Positions 25,011 through 39,100 of a stretch of DNA of 64,000 nucleotides are shown here, one piece after another; the first letter of the stretch is position 1; each line of letters begins with the position of its first letter. Source of the stretch: Phoronis australis. Taxonomy: Eukaryota; Animalia; Phoronida. The position numbers and the translations under genes were made by a program. The DNA lies in the NCBI GenBank assembly GCA_002633005.1, contig NMRA01000173.1:154534-218533 (forward strand), written 5' to 3'. Under the pieces are notes generated by a model. That model was given only the letters and a program-made list of their open reading frames with translations, was not told where the DNA came from and did no database searches.

Positions 25011-28000
25011 CTGTAATTAGATGCATATGAATTTTCGTTTAATTTCAGTTTTTTTCATGTTTAAAGGGGACCCTTAGTGCATGCTTCAATAGTCTCTAAA
25101 CAATGTCAAGTACTAGCATATGAATTCATGATATGTTTATCAAAAATCATCATGTGATAGTCATGTTTTCAGAAATTGTTTAATTATTTTCTCCGTGGTT
25201 GTTTAATGCCATTCTTTTTGTATTTGTTTAGTGTCAGCAGCAAGGGGTCTTAATTGTCATGACAGCATTCACTAGGTGGCGCTAACAAACAAGGGTTCCC
25301 CTTTTTGGCATCTCTATTGAGAGCAGGATGCAGTTCATCAGCTTGGGGCACATGTGTGTAAAGGTACACACGTGATCTACCTGTGTGCTGGCATTTCTAT
25401 GAGAAAGGTGTCACTAGTGAAGCTAAGAACTAATGATAGTCGAGTTCCCCATTGCAGTGACAACGACAATTTGTTTTTTGATCTTGATTTAAAGGTACTC
25501 TAAAATTATTAAGAAATGGTTTAGTTGCTTATTTATTGTTCTTGTAAAACTGTGTGGTCACCATGAGTTTTAGGTGATGTTTTGAGTTTGGCACTGATTA
25601 GGGGAATCACAGTACTGGTTCTGTTATCACCCCCATGAGTTGGCTGACCTCTGCAAGATAATTGCTGGCTAATTGATTAATGTACATTTACTGGTTGATG
25701 TTGGCATATAGGGAATAGTACACAATATTTATGCACCATGTTGTTTGACCATTTTATGACCAGAAGTTCCCAGTAACCTAATACATAATTTATATGTCAA
25801 ACTCTATTGGAGTCATTCAGTCTCTTTCGTATAGTGTTTCAAGTTTAAAAAATAAAGCTTTGGTTATTAACTGAATGTGGGTGTTATTTACAAAGATGTC
25901 ATACACATGTGGGTGTTGTTCACAAAGACAGCATGCACAAACGGTGGATGACAGTTTCCTGTTCAACACAGTATTACTTCTTTTTAATAAACAGTTTTAC
26001 CAGAACTATGTCTAAGCCTTCACAGTGATTGTCACCATTTTGTTGTGAGCTATGCCGTCAAAAGGCTGCTCTGAAATTATATTAATAAACATAATTTCCC
26101 CAAGTCCCTCCCACGTTCCTTGGCTGACTGCATCTCTGCAAGTTATAATTAAATCGATATTTACTTTTCTATTGTTTTTTTTCTTTGGTTACTTGTGTGG
26201 TTTGAGTGCATGGAAATTGACCATTTCATTTTCTATGGATCAACCACCAGTATACCTGTAGTAAAACTTAGGTACTGCCATCAAGTAGCATCCTTGAGGT
26301 ATCTGTTCTGAAATGTTCAGTGAACCTTGACCACCGTGCCTTTTAAAAAATGGCAGTCTTTTTCTTGTAATTACATGTACATGTATGTTTGAGGGTAAAA
26401 TGTTATGACCAGTTCATTATAAATCGAGTTTATGTTGGGCCGTATTGACACGTCTGGGGAGTTAACCGAATCACAAATTATAGATTTTAACTTCTAGTAA
26501 AGGTATCTTTCTGAAAGTAGAAAATACTAAAGAATTTGTTTTTTTTTGTTTTTCACCAGTAATTGGGTCACGTGACGATGTCTCAGTAAAATTTATCAAA
26601 AAGAAAACGGTAAACTGATGGCAGAATGTCCTCGGATAAAGCGCCATTCAGAAACCGATCAATTTGTGTGTGCTATTTAAATTGAGTGCTCCGTGGCAGA
26701 AGTCGTGCTCAAACAAGTACGGTCAGCCTTTGGCTTTTTAATTAATGCTACAAATCAGATAAACGTTGTAAAAATTAAAGGAGGCGGTTTACGTCATGCA
26801 ATAACCCAGCTTATCCAGTGCATGCGTTTTGAAGTTTTATGAAAAACACTCCAGTTTTAAAACTGTAAGTAGTCAAAATTATGAGTTTGTTTCTTCGATG
26901 GCAACGTGGGTTTGGTGCAGTTTTTAGTTTTAGAGGTATGTTTCGGTATCACACAATCAATAATCACGTTCTGGATCTAATCCTTTTTCATAACAAATTC
27001 AAAGATTCCCCAGGTTTCTTGGTACGTCGACGTAATATACTTTGGCTTGCATGAAATGCAAAATTGATTTCGCAGCGTACCAGATTACATAGCCTACTGT
27101 GCTTTCAAATTGTGAATACATTTAGCAGATGCTGAAATGGGGGACGAACATCCTCGAACGGCTGAAAATTGCTCAGCAACGTCATTGAACGAACTACTCG
27201 AATCGGTAAAGATTCTTGTGGACAGTGCGTGAATATAATTCTTAATGAAATATCGGGTGCTAGTCACAATGGAGAAAAATGTAACTTTTGGCAGACTTTA
27301 GTGTATGCGTGAGATAACTGGATTTGAATTACTAGTAAATCTTAAAATTTGAAAGAATTTACATTCATCAGTTGAAATGAAGTATTATATGGAATGTGAA
27401 TTCTAGAGAAGATTGAAGTTCAGTATTTCCAAGTCCTTCAATACCCTAAAGTTGAATTTAGCAGTGATTATTGTGAGACCAAAATGACGGGATATTCCGA
27501 TACTCTTTGCAATGGGATTGTTTAACAAAGAACTCAATTTTGTTATGCACAGACTTCTGAAATAAACCTTTTAAAACGGGTGGGTACGGTTTCTTCTGAA
27601 ACGAAATGCGAAGGCTTACAGAGGTTACATTAAATTGTTCATAAAAAATACAAATCTGGTAATGAGTCCGTAATTAGCAAATTTAGAAAACAAACAGAAC
27701 AGAACAGTCAGTAACGGGATTGAACAGATTGTTGCCTAGGTCAGCTATAGCTGCATGGTAGCTGTTGACTTTTCATGCTCCCCGGAGGTCACCATTAAGC
27801 TTCCGACAACATAACCAGAAGCCGTCTTTGATCGCGATTTTTACGCACCAGAATATAAACATGGGTTGACTAAAGGTCAGCCTGATAGCCCTTCGGTGTA
27901 TAATTGGCGAGTGATTTCAGATGCCGTCACAAAAACGGCTTTTTCTGCAATCTCGCACAGCCACTTGCGATGACAGTGTCGTACCTTCATACCCGGTTGA

Positions 28001-28172
28001 GTCTTGTTACTCAATAGTGTGGTATCCTAGGACCAATACTCCCAGGTGGCATCAGACTGACAAATGAATGAGAATGACGTTAAAAGTAATTACGAATAGT
28101 AAATAAGTAAAAAGGCTTGGAGATGGCATTTGGGCTTACCATTATTTAAATAAGTTTAAATTGCACCCTTAC

Positions 28173-28270
28173 CTTTTCTGGTAATTTTAGTAAATTTGTC
28201 ACGTACTGATGAAGCTGAGCTTCGCGAGATTCTGCCAGTTCACTACTATTTCGCCTAAACAGTGTCCTAC
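28173..28270 (-). CDS. PXDC1: PXDC1-like exon 2
   Basis: tttacag acceptor; reads GRTLFRRNSSELAESREAQLHQYVTNLLKLPEK; gtaagg donor; phase 1 to 0; PX C-terminal helices. Confidence 0.82.
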
Positions 28271-28847
28271 CTGTAAACAAATAGAAAACAAATGTTAACA
28301 GAGGCGTGGTTACTTTGACTTTGCTAAGTCTGTAAACTGGTTTGACAGTTCCAGGGTCAGCGGGGGTGGTGTAGACATATTTAGTTATTAGCTTTGACGA
28401 GTGCTGTAAAACAACAAAATCCTCTGTGTTGGGGATTTTATAACAAATCGCCACCTCATGCTGACATTCGCTGAAATCAAGACCGGTTGCAACCTCACTA
28501 ACAAAAGTGCTGTACCACTGACTAAGATAGTATACAGTATCTTTGCCATTGATCGAGTCGAGGGGTTTAAATCGGCCAGCAGAGCGTTAAAATGTGACCG
28601 TGGAGGCTGCAGATTCAATTTCGCGCCGCGGATGGTCTCAGAAAATCACTTTTGTCGCCAACACTTTCCCTTTAAAGTATTGACAGCAAGTCTTTTGCCC
28701 GACGTCTCCCGTCCCCGTCTTAGTGTGTTATTCTAGGTGATGATTTGTTCAGGATAGAGTGAAATGCATTCTACACAGATGTATTTTCTCTGTTTTGTTG
28801 GCTAAAACTGGAAATACAGTCGGGATGATAATATACCTTACTGTGAC

Positions 28848-29002
28848 CAGTAGCGGATTTAGGGGGGGCCATGCCCCCACCCCCCCTAAAATTCTCTCGG
28901 GTTCCATTTGGCAGTTCGGGGGTGCGAATTTCTGACAGACAAAATCCTGGTTAATTCTCTGCCCTGCCCACCCCTCTACTCAAAATCCTGGATCCGCCCC
29001 TG
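28848..29002 (+). mobile_element. 155-bp GGCGGAT-type MITE
   Basis: CAGTAGCGGATTTAG...CTGGATCCGCCCCTG; inverted homolog of 35672-35826; degenerate TSD gtgac/gtaat. Confidence 0.8.
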
Positions 29003-30200
29003 GTAATAGAATTCTATTTCCGTTACTAACAAGAAAACCGAAACCATCAGCGATGGAAGAAAATGTTTCGGAGTTAATTGGAGTTGGCCAACCTAAAATG
29101 GGAAATTTGAAAATGACGCATATAAGCATTGCCTGTGACGTGAGTTGTTAACTGAAATGGAGTCCCGTCACGGTAAAGAATTTTATGAGACCGACCTTAT
29201 GATAGTAGAACGCCTAATTCCATTTTAATAGGGCGAAAAGCTCGCTGGTTATCTGTGTGCCGCTTGGTGGTACGCAGCACGCGTACTGGTTAGCGGCACG
29301 CAGGGAACCAGCGAAGGCGAAATGCAGCTTTAGCACGTGAAACAGACTAAGTCATGTGAGACAGACTAAGCCCCGAGGCCGGCTGTAACACATTCCCATC
29401 GACTGCTGCCCCGTGGGTGGGTTTAAGAACTATTTCGCCCATCAAACTCCCCCATCGCTATATGGACATAATTCTTCGCCGCTCGTGAACAAATCAGAAT
29501 CTGCTCGTTGTAGATTTATTTTTAAGAATACACCGGCAGTTTACGGGTTTGTTAGATTCCTGAAACTTTCCAGTTTTCGCGTTGTCAATAATGAAATGTT
29601 GGGAAAAGTGGGTCGTAACTTTGCTATCTTTTTACGCATTTAAGATGGCCCGAAATGGAAAACTGCGAGCGAATTCATTGCTGATGTGTCATTCAGCTGA
29701 ACCGCCTGATGTTTTTATTGACGTCGCGCAACTCATGAAGGAAGGCATGGCCCATTTTCGTTATCCTAACTGGAGCCGTTCTCGGAGCAGAGTTATCTAC
29801 GTCTTACAACTCGTCAGCGGGTGATAGATTACTAAGGATTCCTAGCTGACTACTGTTTCACCCTATAACTATTATCATTACTAAAATAGCAGGTAGGCCT
29901 ACAGTGCAAAGTTTGTATAAAGTATTATGCACAACACAGGATGAAAACAAAGAGGCCTACATGTACCACAAACCTAAGAGATCCAGACATGACAGTTTAC
30001 CAGAGAGTTTTCTGTTTGTCCAACTACAATCTGGAAGACTTTTTAATCATTTATACAACTTCGTTAGAGTGGAGGCTTCTTCAATTTTGTTGTGAATTAT
30101 CAAAAATCAGCCCAGAACATCGCTGATGCAATACACAGGAGCACGGACGAAGGAAATATAGATATATCTAATGTCATATCTCTATGATTCTAACTCTTAG

Positions 30201-30464
30201 CATGCGCGCACCCAGCCTTGAAAATGGGGGGCTCGAATTCCTGTCGATGTGGACCTTTTGCTGACAAAAAATCGTGAGGACTAAAAAAAAGGAAAAGAAA
30301 CGGGTACCACCCCTCAGGGTTGTGCACTGTGCGTCTGCGTCTTTTTTAGTGAACGTTCGTCTCGTTTTGTCGGACTTTTTGCATCTCTGGGGTGCACTTT
30401 TTTGCCCACTTCGCCAAATGGGGGGCTCGTTCGAACCCCACGAGCCCCCCTGGTTGCGCGCATG
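30201..30464. mobile_element. 264-bp MITE with 5-bp TSD
   Basis: TIRs CATGCGCGCACCCAG and CTGGTTGCGCGCATG; TSD CTTAG on both sides. Confidence 0.85.
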
Positions 30465-30870
30465 CTTAGCGACTACATTTGGCGGAAAGTAGTTGTAAAA
30501 CGTTCCAAAAGCCTAGTGTATAGTATATACTGAACAGGTCTAAAGACATGTTGGTCAAACACGCACGTGGGTCATGGAACAAATACGGCCAGACTTAGCA
30601 CTGCAGCTACACGTCCTCTAATGTAATCTGGCCACTGGTCGCCCTATCTGCATATGTTGTGGTCTTGTCCGATCAAGTTGTGATGAATTTAGGCCTTTTG
30701 TGTGGGGTGGAGTGTTAAAACAAAGGGCATAGTATTGTGGTGTGGGGCTAGGCAGCCACAGGAGTCGTAGAACAATAGATAATCATAGTAGTGGAACAAT
30801 GGGATTGTGTCTGTAGCGAGATAAGCACTGGCAACATTTGACGCCATTGTGTTTCTAATATGGTGAACAC

Positions 30871-32653
30871 TCGTTAGTTGGCCTACATTTTAAGATATCC
30901 CGAGTGCTGTACTTAAAATTCAAAACCGGAAAATAGATTTTTTGCTGGAGTTTGCAGGCTAAAGGTCACGTCTTTCCCGTGATCCCAGTGTATTTGAGGC
31001 TCTGGGTTACGCCGGATACTTTCAGTAGAGGTTACACTGCAATAGGAAACGGTTTCTAATTCTGTGCTATGTCATGTCCTCGAAAGTGAAACAAGCGAGC
31101 CATTCATGACCCCGAGATGTGACCAGCAGCGTTGTGTATGCAACGCACGCGCCCCGCGACATCTCGCCTATTGTTTCTGCCATCTCGCTTTTTTCCGAAA
31201 CCTCGCACCTGAGAGTTAAATAAATTATCCGAATCGTTAAGTTATTTTTTCTATCTTATAATAAAACAAATTTATGCAATTAGACTACATTGCAAGGTAT
31301 TTTGTCTACACGTATTTTTATTTAATTATCCATTGTAGTGTTTAGTTTTCTATCCATTTTTGCTTTACCAGTATTGTTTCATTAGCGACTCAGAAATCAT
31401 TCAGTTATCAGCACGAACTACAATGTCGCTGACTTGACTATGGGGATCTTTAGACAAAATTTACTTCATCTAAACTAAGTGATCTAAGCGTGTATTTGAA
31501 CATTCACATGGATTAGCTATAAACCTGGCGTGANTCGGTAGTTGGCCTACATTTTAAGATATCCCGAGTGCTGTACTTAAAATTCAAAACCGGAAAATAG
31601 ATTTTTGCTGGAGTTTGCAGGCTAAAGGTCACGTCTTTCCCGTGATCCCAGTGTATTTGAGGCTCTGGGTTACGCCGGATACTTTCAGTAAAGGTTACAC
31701 TGCAATAGGAAACGGTTTCTAATTCTGTGCTATGTCATGTCCTCGAAAGTGAAACAAGCGAGCCATTCATGACCCCGAGATGTGACCAGCAGCGTTGTGT
31801 ATGCAACGCACGCGCCCCGCGACATCTCAATACCCCTGCAGGTTGATTGTCATGACTAAACATAAAACTCTCTAATAAAACTGATCCACTTATTTCGAGT
31901 TCTACGGGCAAATCGACTAATAGAGCAATTACGTATTGTTTTTAAGATGAACACCTCTGAAGTCAATTAAAATTTTCAGAAAGTGCTACGTCCAATTGAA
32001 ATCTGATGTCGTTTTGTTCAACAGAAATTTGAACGCTGTACAACAGCGATTCTGTAACAAATACTTGGGCAAAATAGTACAGTACCCAATAACGGCTTTA
32101 GAAAAAATAAAAACAACGAATTTCAGGATTTCTGACTATTTAACAAAGTTCATAATGTCCAGTTGCAAAAGAGTTGGCACAACACAAAAGTGTTTTAGTT
32201 GCTCTGAAGAAGGGATTTTTACAACTGCTTTAGCGATCTCGTCACACTCGCTTATTGGTTCTGCCATCTCACTTTTTTCCGAAACCTCGCACCTGAGAGT
32301 TAAATAAATTATCCGAATCGTTAAGTTATTTTTTCTATCTTATAATAAAACAAATTTATGCAATTAGACTACATTGCAAGGTATTTTGTCTACACGTATT
32401 TTTATTTAATTATCCATTGTAGTGTTTAGTTTTCTATCCATTTTTGCTTTACCAGTATTGTTTCATTAGCGACTCAGAAATCATTCAGTTATCAGCACGA
32501 ACTACAATGTCGCTGACTTGACTATGGGGATCTTTAGACAAAATTTACTTCATCTAAACCAATGAGCTATACCTGGTATAGCTCATTGTCTAAACTAAGT
32601 GATCTAAACGTGTATTTGAACATTCACATGGATTAGCTATAAACCTGGCGTGA
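30871..32653. other. Probable haplotype-overlap assembly duplication
   Basis: 30871-31533 is repeated at 31535-32653 across a single N at 31534. The second copy has an extra ~420 bp (31829-32249) and an extra 36 bp (32560-32595). Confidence 0.75.
32553..32595. repeat. 29-bp perfect palindrome flanked by a 7-bp direct repeat
   Basis: TCTAAAC-CAATGAGCTATACC-T-GGTATAGCTCATTG-TCTAAAC; the duplicated region has a single TCTAAAC at 31469-31475. Confidence 0.9.
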
Positions 32654-33421
32654 ACTGGTCTCTATCTGAATATTCCGATGGACTTCTTATATCCTGAGTG
32701 ATTGATGTATTTTTTAAGTGGCAAACTCATGGTGTGTGACGTAATTGGTCTATTATGCTAAGTTACCAAATTAACTTTCACCTATCGACTGGACTGTGTT
32801 GTAGTGTAGAGCAATGTTTTCAACCTGAATGTCGTTCGGAGGTTTCACAGATTCAACAAATTTTGCTCAGCATCGCAGAAACGGATACCACTTTACACTG
32901 CCGAGAGAATAGTTAATCGATTACAGCCACCAGCAAATTTGATTTCCATAAAACGAGCATTCCAAGTATTCCCTGGGCTCGGAATAAAAGTGTATGACCT
33001 TAGTCGGCGATCAAGAATATGATGTCAACTACGTGAACAATTTGTTTGGTTTCTTTGAGGAAGCTGGCGAGATTGCTTTTTGGTGTTTTCTTTCTGCAGA
33101 AGAGTCGAGTTTCCACTTCGTTTAAAGAGGGGGTGGCAAATAGGTCAACTTTGACACTTTCAAGACTTTGTAAAAAGCGTCCCCACTCACACACATATTA
33201 TAGACGACTGCAAGCAAATGTGTCTGCTAAAACATTGTTTTTCTCGAACTTCGTTGTTTAGTCACGGCCGGATTGCTGCCGTAGTTTCGCGTCACTGAGC
33301 GCTAGATTAGGCATGTTTTTGTGTCATCTTAGTGGCAGAATTTAACAGTCACAAATAAACAATGCCAAAACCATGGCATGAATAATAAACCGGCGTCTCG
33401 TCAAAGAAGCGAACTTCTGAT

Positions 33422-33560
33422 CAGTGCTGTAGTGGGGCGTAGGCGCACGTAGGCGCAGCCAACCACCTTTTGGCATTTGAACGTAGCACCTGCGCACCGT
33501 AAGTTACGTTCAGCGATCGAGGTGATACGGTGGGCTTCTAATTTTACCACTACAGCACTG
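33422..33560. mobile_element. hAT-type MITE (139 bp)
   Basis: Perfect 14-bp TIR CAGTGCTGTAGTGG; perfect 8-bp TSD CTTCTGAT. Confidence 0.9.
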
Positions 33561-33674
33561 CTTCTGATTTAGATCACTTGAAACTATAGTACAGGTCTCA
33601 ACTTGTTCCGTACTCCGATGGGCTTACAAAGCACTGGCAGTTCGTTTACTTCATTATTCCTTGAAACCATGCTC

Positions 33675-33898
33675 GACACATAAAATGAGACACCATGACA
33701 AGAAAACTTACAGAGACTGGTCACATAAAATGACACACCGTGACAAGACAACTTGTAGACCCTGGTCACATAAAATGACATACCGTGACAAGACAACTAA
33801 TATAGCCTATTCACATAAAATTACACACCATGTCAAGACAACTTATAGAGCCTGGACACATAAAATGACACACCGTGACAATAAAACTTACAGAGACT
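33675..33898. repeat. ~45-50 bp degenerate minisatellite, ~5 copies
   Basis: Recurring CACATAAAATGACACACCGTGACAAGACAACTT. Confidence 0.8.
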
Positions 33899-34985
33899 AA
33901 TTTTACGTGGTTACGTTGGGGTTGCTATAATGGGTACTTCTGCGTCTAGTTTCTTTGATGCAAACGTATTTTTCGGGTTTGAAGGAGGCGACAGTTTATC
34001 CTTGACTGTGTGTTTGGGTATTTTCTATTATGTTATTGATCTCTAAATGTCATTGTAAATGTAGATAATGCACCTGAATAAGGAAGACAAACATTGCTAA
34101 AGTTTTAAAATGGCGCCTAATCCCAAGAACGCATTTTTGCCAGTTCTGTCGAGGTTATCCAAAGTAAGTATATCCCTTGAGACGTAGACCACAAGTGTTG
34201 TTTAACCATATCGACTTCCATCAAATGCCTTTATAGTTGCAGACGTGTGCCACTTTTCACAAGTCAGGGGAAACAAGCTCGAGTCGCCTTAACAGATATC
34301 AACCTTTGTAAGATTTGTTTTTCAGTTAAAGAACTTGGTTTACCGCTCTGCCAACACCATATTCTGATTTTCAGGATACATACATATATATATATAAAAC
34401 TTAGAATTCTGTATTTTCCATTGCAAACCATGATTTTCAAAAACACTATATTTCAGATTGCAAAGAATGTTGAAAACTGAACGTAAATCGGAGAAACTCA
34501 CAAAAATAGAATAGCTCTCCGCTCTAAGGGCCTTGAAATATCTGCTTCACAAATATTCCAAGTTTCTTGTTCAATTTGTTAAAATTACTAATTCAATTAA
34601 TAAAAATGCAACCTAAATGCAACCTAAATTACTAATTCAATTAATAAAAATGCAACCTAAATGCACACTATGTAGAAAGGTTCACAAACAATGTTTAATT
34701 TATTTCGTTTCAAGTTTGTTGTTTGTTTTCATACAGATACCTGATGTGCCTTAAAGGGAGCTGTGTATGACATGAAAAAATAAACCAATTATTAGACTTA
34801 GGGACTGTTAGCTACGTTGTGTCCTCATCTTGAGGACTTCGGCAGGCTACTGAGATATCATGTGTACGGAGCAGTGTATGGTTGGACGAAAGAGTCCAAA
34901 ATAGGGACTCCTCAAGGTTCCTTAACTTTTCACTGCATCACATGGATGCGTCGAGTGTGGTTTCAAGCAATAACGAACTCATTCA

Positions 34986-35138
34986 GGCGTGCGTTCAGTA
35001 GAAGCTAGGACCTACGCTAGGACCTAGCTAAAACCTAGTCAAAGTCACGTGTTCTCATTTAAAATGCACTGCAATATCTCACGTAATCTCGAGAAGTCTT
35101 GCTTTTTAGCGAGGTCCTAGCGCTACTGAACGGCAGGC
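34986..35138. mobile_element. Palindromic MITE, second copy
   Basis: GGCGTGCGTTCAGTAG...CTACTGAACGGCAGGC; homologous to 20986-21177. Confidence 0.75.
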
Positions 35139-35671
35139 AGGTTTGATACATATTGATACCTATTGATACATATTGAGAGTAAAGTCTACGATGAATTCTC
35201 GGTATTGTTGAAAATAAACAGTGATCTTTTCCTGTAACGCCCTAATTTAGGACCAAGTCTATATTTATTATCATTGAAATAAAGCTTTCTTTAGGTATAC
35301 TATTAGAAAATGTAATCAGTCAAACAGGACCTCATAATACAGATAAAATGATAGAAAACAGTAAATAAAGACGCAGCAAACACGCAGAAGACTTAGTTTA
35401 ATTATGTCAGTTGGGTCAATATTTGGGACTGTTTCATCCAGCACAGCAGAGGACCTGTTTCAGTTTGGTCAAACTTTTCACATAACTGCATGTGTATGTC
35501 TGAAAAACAAATCTCAGTCACTAAAACAAACGTACATAGTCACGACATTTGACATAAGTCTGACATGATATGAAACATGGCGTACACGGGTGGTTCTCAC
35601 AACGTTCAAACCTCCCAAAAATTTACTAACGGGTGAAATGAGGAAAATTTGACTCGAATACAATTCCGTAC

Positions 35672-35826
35672 CAGGGGCGGATCCAGGATTTTGAGTTAGC
35701 GGGGGGCCAGGGCAGAGTATTAGCCAGGATTTTGCCCGACATTCGCACCCTCGTATTGCCAAATGGAATCTGGGAGAATTTTAGGGGGGCCATGGCCCCC
35801 TTGGCCCCCCTCTAAATCCGCTATTG
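35672..35826 (-). mobile_element. 155-bp GGCGGAT-type MITE
   Basis: CAGGGGCGGATCCAG...CTAAATCCGCTATTG; perfect 5-bp TSD CGTAC. Confidence 0.85.
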
Positions 35827-36000
35827 CGTACAGGGGTTCTCAAAGAATGACCACACTGTAACAAATGGTACAAGGGTTCCTAACGAATAACAATAACCCC
35901 GTTGTTACAGTGTGGACGTTTCCAACGTTTATTCGGTTGCCTTGCTGTCTGCTGTGTCAAATGTTAAAATTCTAGCAAACGTATTGGTATGTACATGTAG

Positions 36001-36106
36001 GGCTCTACACGTAGAGCCCTACACCTATAGCCCTACACGTATAGCCCTACACGTATAGCCCTATACGTATAGCCCTACACGTAGAGCCCTACACGTAGAG
36101 CCCTGC
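36001..36106. repeat. 15-bp minisatellite
   Basis: Unit GCCCTACACGTATAG / GCCCTACACGTAGAG. Confidence 0.85.
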
Positions 36107-39100
36107 ATGTCTGGCGCCGCGATTCATTGACTTAAACTAAGGTGCGATGGAGATTGTTTAAGGTAGGTGGATACACAAAAAAATTAATTTTGACTGTTTT
36201 TTACATTTTCATATCATCCTAATCTTTAATTCTTGATGCACAGTATACTGAAGAAAAATAAAATCATTCTGNTTAGGAACCTGGAGATTTGATCAGTGTA
36301 TACACCTACCTTAAGTCGACACCGAAGTCAACATGTTTTTCAAACCAGACAATCAAGTGCGTGGATTGGATGTTCTCGATATTGTTTTGCATGATGCTAC
36401 AGCAATTAGTATGCACTTTGAATTCTTTTGAGCCAAAGATTCTAACAGTGGCTGGCCCAAGGTCTTTTCGTGTAATTTTCTCGCGACTCCCTTCGACAAG
36501 ACGTAATGCTTATCTATTGTTTTATTCTCTGGCAAACGTCAATAGCCAGCATAAAAATATCTGCTTCATCTGCTAATAATAACACGTGATTGGCATATTG
36601 AAATATTCAGGGAATCAACGTACTGACTATGGATGCCAATTCATCGCTGATGTCCTCCGGGTACTAAGCTGGGATGTTTCACTGCAGACGATTCTGTTAC
36701 GCGGTGTGTTAAAACTTGCTAATGAAGTACCATCTGTGGTAAATGGATCACTTTAAATGCCAGTCTTGTTAGAGTTACATCTCGCACTATTCCGTTACTT
36801 CGGGAATGCTTGAGTGATAGACCAATCATTCACGGAGAAATGCTGAGATGTGCACAAAGATACTGCTGAACAGCGTACCCACAAATATATGTATTTTGTT
36901 AGTCGATCTTAAGCCAAGAAATGGTGTTATATCGCTGATCTGCAAGAACACGTCTCGAAGAAGCTTTTATCTTCATTTTGGGAAGAGTTGGCCATAAACG
37001 TTTCGCTTCAACAGTATATAACCAATGAGCACTCATGGTCCAGGCGCCCACTCAAGTACAAAGTTCTTGGTTTTGGGATGGGATAACTTTGTGCGTGGAC
37101 AAAAATGTTACTGCATCCGCCCCAAGGCTGTCAGTGCCAGGTCGACCACATGTCGTATACGACCAATAAAAATGGCTATTCCATCACAACTACCGAACTA
37201 CATCTCTGGGGGAGTCAGTGACGTACCTACTCGATTTATCTTCATTCTACCACAGGAGCGTTTCATTTCTACCCGCGCTTTTCCAATACTGTGGTGTTTC
37301 GATTTTTTGCAAAGACAAAATTAATTTGTATTACGCACTGACCAAAAAGCACTCGAAGATAGATCACTTCTGTAATTCTAGACCACAATCTATAACGGAT
37401 GGTTTAGAAAACGTCAGTACCCGGGTCCCGGATGATTCAGAAGATGTGGAAATAGCGTCACGGGTCAGTGGATTGAAAGCTCACCAGCGTGAATTTTTAT
37501 GGATGTTGGCAAACAAGACCGACATTTGTTTAGAAGCTTTGTGCAAGCTTATGAAGTGATCTTTCTTAAAGCAAACCCGTTTCTAGAAACGGAGTATTTT
37601 GTTTCGTCATTGCTTTTACTGAGGACGGTCGCTTGTGCCAATATTAAAAACTTGATTGTTACTCTTCTATCGTCCGCGCAACAGCTACAGTTTTTTTTTT
37701 CAAATACACTTACAGTGAATTACCATTAGCTGTATTCGAAACTCCTGTGTTTTAAGTGTTTAGATATTGGAATAATCCCAGCAACAATACCAATGCATTT
37801 GATTTTTTTAATTAAATGTCAAGCCTACTTCTCCTAAACAGATGAATATCTTTTCCACTGAAGCAGCGAAAATCAAAGATGAAGTCGGAGTGAGTAATTT
37901 TCTCAAAAAGTGTTAAAATAAACACAATAGGTCCTAAAAAATGATATTGAACTTGCGAGATCGTTTATATGACCCATTGGTGAAAGGCAATGTTACTAAT
38001 AAGCTCGCACTGTCTGATGACGTTATTGGAATTATTAGCTTCGGTAATTAGATCAGTGCATCAAAACATTTAAGCTGACATATTGTTTGAGTTTGAAGAA
38101 TTGATAGATATGGCAATTTTGCCATAAATATGAACTAATAGGTTGTCCAGATAAAAATCTGTTCTTCGTTTAGAGATCAAATTAGATCTACAAGTATATG
38201 GATCAATTAATTTTGTTTGAGTACAGTAGGGGGCAGTCATGGCTGTTTGAGATAATGGAGAGCGCGTGCGATGACTTATTTCGAATTTTCTTAGCGACTT
38301 TGCTGGTCCAGCGGCTGTTTATAAGAGATCGTGTGGAATGTCGCTGATTGTTAAAGCAGTTGTATACAACAACAGCCACATCTGTAAACTTAGCCACGAA
38401 TGTAGAACGAGTACAGACTGGAAATTTTACTCTGGCTAGACTTGTTTTTTGTGAAACTTATTGCCTTCAACAAGCTGCACATGCTCTGAAGTTCTTTTTA
38501 ATTATTGTTGCCGGGTAACCTTTGAATACTCACTCCATATCTGCGTCACATTCAACTAATTCAAAAATTATACTGACAGCGCGCCACAAATTTGTTCTAA
38601 AGTCTGACCATGTATTGTAAAGTTAACATAGAATAGAAATAAAAAAACAGCACTTTTTGTTCATAATTAATGAAATTTTCTACAATGATGTTTGCTTTCT
38701 CTTTCTTTTCAAATCAATTTATGTTCTCTTTATTGACGATTCTATTGAAAAGGGCACATAAACATTCACATAATACGCTAGTTTTTCTCAAATTCACGTG
38801 CCCTGCAGACCGAGCGGTTGAGATTGGCATAAACACGCGCCTAATGTTAGCTTGGTAATGGTCAAAACCATTGCCCACTTTCAGAAATTATTTAAGTCGA
38901 TATCAATGTCTAAAGACCTCCGGTCAACTCAAGGCCAGTCGTCGTACAATACAGAATAATTATGGGTTATACCACAGTGAAGTACAGGTAGAGACCAGTA
39001 AGGCGTAGTGTTCTGCGAGTTCAACAATCCTATCCTCTTTCTGACCATTGCATAACCTTTTCAAAGCACCCCCTCAAACAGGTTTTGAAACCCTTTGAAA

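Noticed and set aside
30147-30186. Second candidate P-type footprint (tatagatatat...atatctctatg)
   Set aside because: Imperfect, low-complexity palindrome with no flanking duplication.
37025-37729. Overlapping plus-strand ORFs in PX intron 1
   Set aside because: No motif I can recognise and no coherent exon chain.
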